A stretch of 64,000 nt of DNA from Klebsormidium nitens. Its lineage: Eukaryota > Plantae > Klebsormidiophyceae. The stretch lies in contig DF237066.1 in the NCBI GenBank assembly GCA_000708835.1, positions 62,001 to 126,000 of the forward strand, written 5' to 3'. Below the pieces are notes generated by a model. It searched no databases. It was not told where the DNA came from and was given only the letters and a program-made list of their open reading frames with translations. Below are positions 56,968-64,000 of this stretch, piece after piece (the stretch's first letter is position 1; each line of letters opens with the position of its first letter). A program made the translations under genes and the position numbers.

Positions 56968-59900
56968 TCATCGAACTCCTGACGTTGACGAGACTACTTC
57001 CCGTACGTTATAGTGCGCCCTGTTTTGCGACTCGAAGTATATCCGGATGCAGATATCTGCGAGCAGGCCTAGGAACACCATCTGCATCGCAGGGAAGATC
57101 TGAAGGGTCAGGGAACCTTCCAATCCTGCCTGGCCATGATTCTAAAGAACAGGGATGCGTGAGGTGCACAGCCGCAATCGCCTATGCAACCTATGTACCT
57201 GGTTTTTTGAGAAATCTCTTGGCTGACTCTTTTGCCAAGCACAATGTCTTTAAGTACCTGAAGCCCCGGAGATCCGTTGAGCACGTTCAGCACGTCAAGG
57301 AACGAATGGTCCCAGCTTTCACATTCGCACTCAAGAGAAGAGAGTCTCGTTTGTCTGCAGACTCATCGTTTCGCCTGCTTTTCGGCGGCGTTTGCCACCA
57401 AAACCGAGCAGGTCAGGCCACGCAGCTACCAGCCTCCAGGGACCAACGCTCGTACGAGCATCGCTGTCGGAGCAGAAGACCACGCGCCGCAAGCTCCAAA
57501 CATCCGATTCCAATTTTTTGACCTTGAAGAACAAGAAGAATAAATATCCGAGCGAGGACTCACCTGGATACACGCCGAACTCAAGCGAAAGCACCGGCCT
57601 GTGCAGCGGGGAAGGCAACGCGAAGAACAAAGCCCAGAACCAACACGACAAATCCTTCAAAATCAAGAGGTAAGAGATGGAGAGGGAGCGAGCTTTTGAT
57701 CTGATATCTGCCGCGCCTTTGAGAAGTGTCGGCGGTTTGGAAGGCCAGGAAAGCGCAAAATCCCATTATACCGCGACAAGGACCAGGAGTTCGAGATGAT
57801 GCTCTTAGTCAAACACCCCCACGCCAGAGCGCTAGTGTCGGTGATCACAGGAAGCCCGCAATCGCAAGCCCCGGAACTTGAAACCTCAAAACCTTTCACC
57901 CTGATCAACTTCTACCTGCACCACCACCACAGCCCTCCGCGCGTGAGAACTAGCTTGGGCACAAAGAGCACTCAAGAACCAGTCCTCAGAGTTCAAGTCC
58001 TCCATTTTTCGGAAAACGCAAGAAAGAAAGAAGCGAACTTCTCACCTGGAGACCTGCGACGCCGGAGTTCAAGCCCAAGCACTAGCGTGAGCACACGGAT
58101 TCCCCCAAACTCTTCATCGAAAAACTTGGATCTAGATCCCAGTATTTAAACCCTCAGTCCTTCTGACGGCAAAAGACTCTACAGAGCAAGTTGCATGCTT
58201 TAGCAGAGAGCAGAACTTTTCACCTGCATACCGGCAACGCCCAACTCGAGCGCAAGAACTAGAATGGGCACCGCCGAGGGTTACACAGTCGCAAGCTTTC
58301 TGAACCCAGAACGCCTTTCTTCTTCCCCAGGGGAAAAAGAAGGAGCTTGCAATGCTGTACGCACCTGGATACCTGCCACCCCCAGCTCGAGCGCGAGAAC
58401 TAGAGTGGGCACCGCCGAGGGCCAGGCGATCGCGAGTCCCCAGTGCCGCGCGACTGCCCAGACGTAGAAGAGTCCGTGCACCGCGCAGCCGGCCGCGCCT
58501 AGCAAGAGAGCGCCCCCGACGAAGCCGAACAACTGCATTGGAAACATTTCCACGTGTAAGGATGCAGCTGACGTTGAGTGACGTCATCATCGGTAAGGTA
58601 GAAACTTTGTGGACCGCGCAGCCGGCCTCGCCCAGCAACAGAGTGCCGCCCACGAAGTCGAACAACTGCATCGGAGCATTGCCACGTGTCAGAGTGCAGC
58701 TGACGTCAAGTGACGTCATCATCCCTGCGATGAAATGTTCGGCAGCTTTGACGCAAAACGCTGTATTGGGTCCATGGCTGCCGGCTTGTCGCAGCGAGGG
58801 GAAGGCGAGCATGCCGCGTCCGATCAAGGTTGTGCAGAATGCTGATGCTATCAAATCTCAGACGTCCTAGGAACGGCACCCATTTCCACAAACGGGCAAC
58901 GAGGCTGCAGTCGATAAGCTACCTTCGCAAAAATAAAGGCGGTTGACTGCCTCGACGGCCTTGCGAATCTTACCTGCTCTCGACAAGGCAGAGCGAACCG
59001 TCCTGCAATCTGGTCGTCTGAACTACTAGGCATAACTCGAAGGACTGAAATAACTGAAAGAAGGGCTGAAGAAAATCGGGAAGGCGGATCCTCAGTAGCG
59101 TGATGACCCACCTGCATCGGCCGGTCTCTAAACCGGGCAAGGAAGGCCACCAAAATCAGGTCAAGTATCACCCGGGGAGTCCGCCCCAGGGGGGGGTACT
59201 TTGACGAGCCGAAAGAACGGGGGTGGTGCCGAACGGGGAGCTCCGCAATAGCGGCCCCTTCGATCGCGGCGATTGCGGGTATAAGCCGGTGGGTTTCGCC
59301 GTATAAGCGGAGGGCGGAGGCGAGGTCGGCGCGGAAGGCCTTGAGGCTGCAGCCGCAGTCGTGTAGGCGGACCTGAGGGGAACGAGAGCGGGAAGTCTTC
59401 AGAATCTCAATCCCTGCTTCCGCCAAGTTTCCTTCCTTCGGAGGCGTCGATGAGGAATGAGCTCTTTTCCAAAAAAGGTGAGGGCGCTCATTGACTGTCT
59501 GCTACGACCCCTTTGAATCCGAAGTTAGAGGCGGACCTGCGGGAACGAGACGGACCGCTCAATCAACCTCATACCTCCACAGAACGCTTTTCTGTTGTGT
59601 ATCCTTCTTTCGAACAGGGACGCAAAACTGTGAGGGTACACAAGTGGATTTTTCTTGAAAGCCGCAGTTCTTTGGACCGATTTGCAGAGATTTTGCACCT
59701 CCAAGCCGCTGAAAATCTCGAGAAAATGAGATCAGTATCCAGTCAATCAATACTGCTAAAACACTTTCCCCTGTTGAGGTCTGAAGGTCGTTTTTCCAGG
59801 TAAGGACAGTTGCTCGTATTTCAATGTCTCCTTATTTGCCAGCTGTATTTCAAAGCAGGCGACTCACCCCTGTCACTCGCCCAATCAGCCAATTCGCAAG

Positions 59901-61461
59901 CTGTGACGGCACCCGCCTGATGACGTCATCCTGCCTCTCCCGCCGCCACCCGCACACCATATCGTACCCCCCATCGTCCCGCACTGTCCCGGACCCCCCA
60001 GCCCGCCCGTCCGCCAACTCCGCCCCTATATCACCTCCGTATAGGAGATGCTCCACAAGCCTCGGGATATCATCAGGGTCGTTTTGCAGATCAGCGTCGA
60101 GGGTCACGATGACATCACCCACGGAGGCGTCGAGGCCCGCTGACATCGCGGCCGTCTGTCCGAAGTTGCGCCGCAGGATGATCGTACGCAGGTCCCGACG
60201 TTGCGAGGCCAGACCTCTCAGAAGTCCGGTGGTGCCTGCACAGGCAAAGGGGTTGAGGTTAGTAAGGATACCTGGTTAGTGCGAGGTTAAGCATCTTCTC
60301 AGTCAGGGTTAGATGACTGTGAGGAGAGGCGGGTCAGTGATCGTAGCCCGTTCAAAAGGCCGCAGATTCGGAGACGCCATGCAGCGAGCGCCTTCAGGAG
60401 CTGACGGTTGTTTGGATGAACAACACGTGGTCTACGTTTTAAGCGACGTGGTTGGTCTAGGGTGTGATCAAGTCTCTTTCCGCTCACTCCACTGAGAAAA
60501 TATGACAAAGGCTGGTCATACAAAAACTGTTTGGGCAGTACGACAGTCCCTTTGGTTCCCAATCATCTGGGACATGTCAGACGCTCGGGCATGCCTGTTC
60601 GTGTTCGAAAGGGAGAGAATATGCACAAGTGATTGATTGTGCTTGATAACAGTCAGGTCCACTTATGAGCAATTATGGGACTCGAATGGTCAACCGTAGT
60701 ATTATCTGGGTTGTATTGAATCGCTGGCGCCAGCAATGAGTTGTGTATGGAATCCCTGGCGCCAGCAATGAGTTCGTATGAATCACCAGAACGAAGAGCA
60801 TATAAAGGGGTCTTTGCAGCCAGTAATCCTTATGCCTGCAAAGAGTCTGTAACCTTCTCCGAGGGTCGTGCTGAAATGCTGTCCGCCTGTTAACTGGTCA
60901 ATTTTGATTCAAAACAAAAAGGATTCTTTGCATTATGTGAAAGTAGTATACGACTGTCAGGGCACTGAAAGCAGGCGCTAGACTTGAATGTAAGCACGAA
61001 AAGGCACCATACTTACCATCAGTTGAGCCGTCGTCAATACAGAGTATCTCATATGTGTAGCCCCTCCGTTGCAAAACTGAGGCGACCCTGTCCACAAGCA
61101 CTCCAATGCTCTGGACCTCATTGAAGACTGGGATTACAACTGAAATGATGGGAGCTGCGTAGCGTTCTGAATTGACGCTAGAACCAATCAAGCACCTGAC
61201 TTGAGACCGCTGAGACCATTGGTGGAAAGGCTGGGGGGCATGGCTTTCTCTATGCAGGCTCCTTCTGACAAGTTTTGAGGACTGATGAAGTGGTGGTAGT
61301 TTCCAGGAAGCTTTGAAAAGTTGTTGTGTGTGATTGTTGATCTTATGAATAGCAACACGCCGGTTTCCTGCAGCTCTTCTGGAGTCTGAGCAGGCCCGGC
61401 TGGTCACAGAAGAGAGCGGCGTCTGCGCACGCAGTTGCGAGCATGATTGCAGTTCCATCAT
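56968..61461 (-). CDS. Bacterial-type GT2 polyprenyl-phosphate glycosyltransferase (GtrB/ArnC/DPM-synthase-like), ~451 aa
   Basis: Exons 61017-61461, 59868-60235, 59112-59372, 58365-58532, 56968-57081 total 1356 nt. Motifs: ISVVIPVFNE, IDDGSTDG, LRRNFGQTAAMSAG, TLDADLQNDPDDIP, CGWRRERQD, HDCGCSLKAFR, LYGETHR, two C-terminal TM helices, and GLLADICIRIYFESQ. The start codon is tentative. Confidence 0.88.
57930..58720 (-). repeat. Echo copies around GT2 exon 4
   Basis: A strong upstream copy lies at 58600-58670 (GATGCAG|TTGTTCGACTTCGTGGGCGGC, LFDFVGGTLLLGEAGCAVH vs real LFGFVGGALLLGAAGCAVH). Downstream copies of the exon end lie at ~58235-58280 and ~57935-57955. An exon 3 acceptor echo lies at ~59525-59550. 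Confidence 0.8.
60724..60784. repeat. Short tandem duplication in GT2 intron 1
   Basis: CTGGCGCCAGCAATGAGTT...GTATG(G)AATC occurs twice in tandem. Confidence 0.8.
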
Positions 61462-62304
61462 CTCTGACCTCTCTGGGTGATGCTGACTGCTTTACTGCTC
61501 CAGCAGTCTTTACAGATAACTTAGCGCCCCATATCTCAGCCGGCACTCCAAGCACAAGTGTAACATCTGGAGCAAGGTCTCAAATGGCCAATGCAACACT
61601 CTCGCCTACTGCTTTGTCACAAAGAATCCGCCAAATGCCAGCTTTCTTTCAAGAAAGGGTACCACTGGTGGCACATACTGTTGAATTTTACAGATTCCAA
61701 CCGAAATGGCCAATTTTCTCCTTAATCTTCATGCAGATTTGCACCACATTGCTTGTGCTCTGAAGCAGATCAGAGGAATGCAGGCCAGATTGTGATGGTG
61801 CGGCATTACAATTCTAGGTAGTACTACCCTCACAAGAGACTCCATTGGCATGGGCATTGGCATTGGCATTTGAGAAGTACTTGCGTTTTGTGAGAGCTTC
61901 CTTTTGGATTGTGCTCGATCAGGAACTTGGCCGTGCCCAAGGGCCTGGGCATGAGTTGCAAGCGCTTGCAAATTGGGACAGCTCAGGCCCAGGGCACCTA
62001 CCTATACATTTCCCTTGTGAATATTCTGTGGTACTTTTCGAAATTCGCCCCGATAACCTAACACGGGAACCACCGGGATTCTGATGTATTTATTATCCAT
62101 GTCCGCTGGATCCATCCTCGGTGGATCAATCCGGTCATTTTACTTCAATTGTGCATTATTTGTATCACCTGCCTTTCTGAAGAAAATGAATGAGAGGAGA
62201 TGATCGTATAGCGGCGCAAAGTTTCTGAATCTCAGCGACTGCAGAACTCAGAGTCAAGGAAGTCGTGAGGAGTTGCAACAGAGGTGGAAAGCCAATGCAG
62301 AAGG

Positions 62305-63782
62305 AGCGCCATGGCGACGCCTGCGAGCACCCCAAAGACGGGTGTCCGTTTGACAAGCTGTCACATGAGCTTCTAGCAGACATTTTAGAAGGTGCCTGTG
62401 AAGACCATGAGCTCAGCACTGGTAGGAGTTTTCGCTTTCCATTGTCCAGCAGGGGACATGGGTTGTAGCCCGGAGTTTTGACTCAGATGACCATAGTCTG
62501 CCAACGCTTCAGGGGGCTGCATCTGCAAGGGATGTTCAAGCACGTGATTCGAAAGTGCAACCAGGCTGAACTGTTGGCAGCACACGCCATACCCCAGACT
62601 ACAGACCACACAAGGGGCCGAGCCTTGCTCTAGAGAGCTAGAGTTTGGCGCTGGATGTATCCTTGAAGGTGGCAAGTTTGTAAGGGAGACACGGCGGCAC
62701 GGAAGTGTGTCAATTGAGCTACTTTCGGCAATCCTGGGAAAGTCACCAATCTCAAGGCCTTCAAAGTTGAGGAGTCCCTGAGGCGTCGCAGCACCTTTTA
62801 GGGCTTCTTGCTCGGCTGGCCTTGGAAAGCCTCTGGTTCATCGATTCTGGCTTTGATTTTGTGGAACATCTGTCAGTCAGTGTTCTGTTCAAGCAACTGC
62901 AGGATTGCCGATTGGAATCAGAAAATCGCTTGAAACGTCTTGCGGATTTCGGATGCATTTCTCTGTTCATTGTTGGCCCCCAAAGCTGAAGACCTTGCAA
63001 TTACAAGGTTGCGAGGGTCTGAATGAGCCAACTTTCAAGTCCTCAAGTCTTGAGTTGCTGACTCTGTGGGCGATTGAGATTCTTAGTAAGAGAATGACAG
63101 TTGACCCGTCGCGCTTGGCAACTCTGGAGGGGGTGCAGGTAACCTTGAGACTTTGATATTACGGACTTCCAAGCTGGCGACGCTCAGCATTGGAATGACA
63201 GGCCATATGGATACCCTGGACTGCGAGGTGAGGTTGTCTTATCTGTCCCTAAGTAGGAGCAACTGGCAAATGCTAAGTAACAAGTACAGCACCTGCTAAG
63301 CAGATTCGGAGCCTCCAAGGAGTTCTGCGGCCCCATTGGAAAATGGCACTGGAAGAGAGCGAGCCGGCACACCTTTCAGCTTTCTTTGAGAAGGTCTCCA
63401 CGACAGTCTCACGGCTGTTTCTTGGCAGTGTCATGGAACAGCTTAGACTGTCAGAAGAGTGCGACGACAGACTCTCAGCGGCTCCCGTTTGCATGAGTCC
63501 CTTGAGCATCTCAGCCTCTCCCTGACCGACACCGACGATTTTGATAGCATTCGGCTATGATTTTGCGGTCAAGCCCTAATGTGGATATAGTGTACAAGTA
63601 TGTATGTGGGACCTGGAACGGCCAATCTATGGCCTGATAGCAGTTCATTCCTTAGTCTGCAAAGAGACTTCCCCCACATTTGCTTTAGGTACATGGAGCC
63701 CAGCCAGTTTGTTTCGGCAGCACACCTTGATAAGGCAGCAAGGTCACCAGAAGTTAGCGAGAAGCGCTCCTATGTGACGTAA
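62305..63782 (+). pseudogene. Decayed F-box/LRR-like gene
   Basis: F-box-like PFDKLSHELLADIL (~62345) and LTQMTIVCQRFRGL (~62480), then LRR-like PKLKTLQLQGCEGL...SLELLTLW. Several stops and frame changes occur between 62630 and 63000. Confidence 0.5.
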
Positions 63783-64000
63783 GAGGTGCTTATTGGGACC
63801 ATTAAAATGCTAACTAGTTGTAGGTCAAGAATTTTCAAGGCCTTACAAGGCCTTTCGAATACAAGTTTCTGTTATTGATCAATACCTCAGTGAATTCTCT
63901 GAATGGTGTCCATGGCGCGTATGAGTCCATTCACCAAATAGTGTTCGATTTTATTATGGCTGTATCTCAGGACCCTCCCATGACATTGTAACTTGCACGA

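Noticed and set aside
58352-58870. 172-aa plus-strand ORF with an internal repeat
   Set aside because: It is antisense to GT2 exon 4 and its echo.
61845-61872. (GGCATT)n microsatellite upstream of GT2
   Set aside because: It is an ordinary short tandem repeat with no further evidence of function.

Overview
Eukaryotic, intron-rich genomic DNA. Plant-type genes with moderately high GC suggest a streptophyte green alga such as Klebsormidium (inference). Five host genes were rebuilt exon by exon with consistent splice phases: a GRDP/DUF1399 gene (-, runs off the left edge), a heme-oxygenase-fold protein lacking the catalytic His (-), RNA polymerase III subunit RPC3 (-) head-to-head with the GPN1 GTPase (+), and a bacterial-type GT2 polyprenyl-phosphate glycosyltransferase (-). 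The window also holds a frameshifted UbiA-family gene resembling microbial UbiA-type terpene cyclases, a decayed F-box/LRR gene and a possible LINE remnant. A 16.7-kb CACTA/CMC-like DNA transposon (16755-33423) has 29-bp TIRs, subterminal AACCGGGGC repeats, an intact ~1207-aa transposase with C-terminal BAH-like domains and a divergent SAM-domain gene. The most striking unexplained structure is the set of 'exon echoes'. Many introns of all five host genes and the UbiA gene contain tandem, decaying 120-200 bp copies of the neighbouring exon/intron junction. These copies usually keep the AG or GT, are sometimes all in frame, and were not seen in the transposon's introns. All coordinates and alignments were read by eye; no searches were run.
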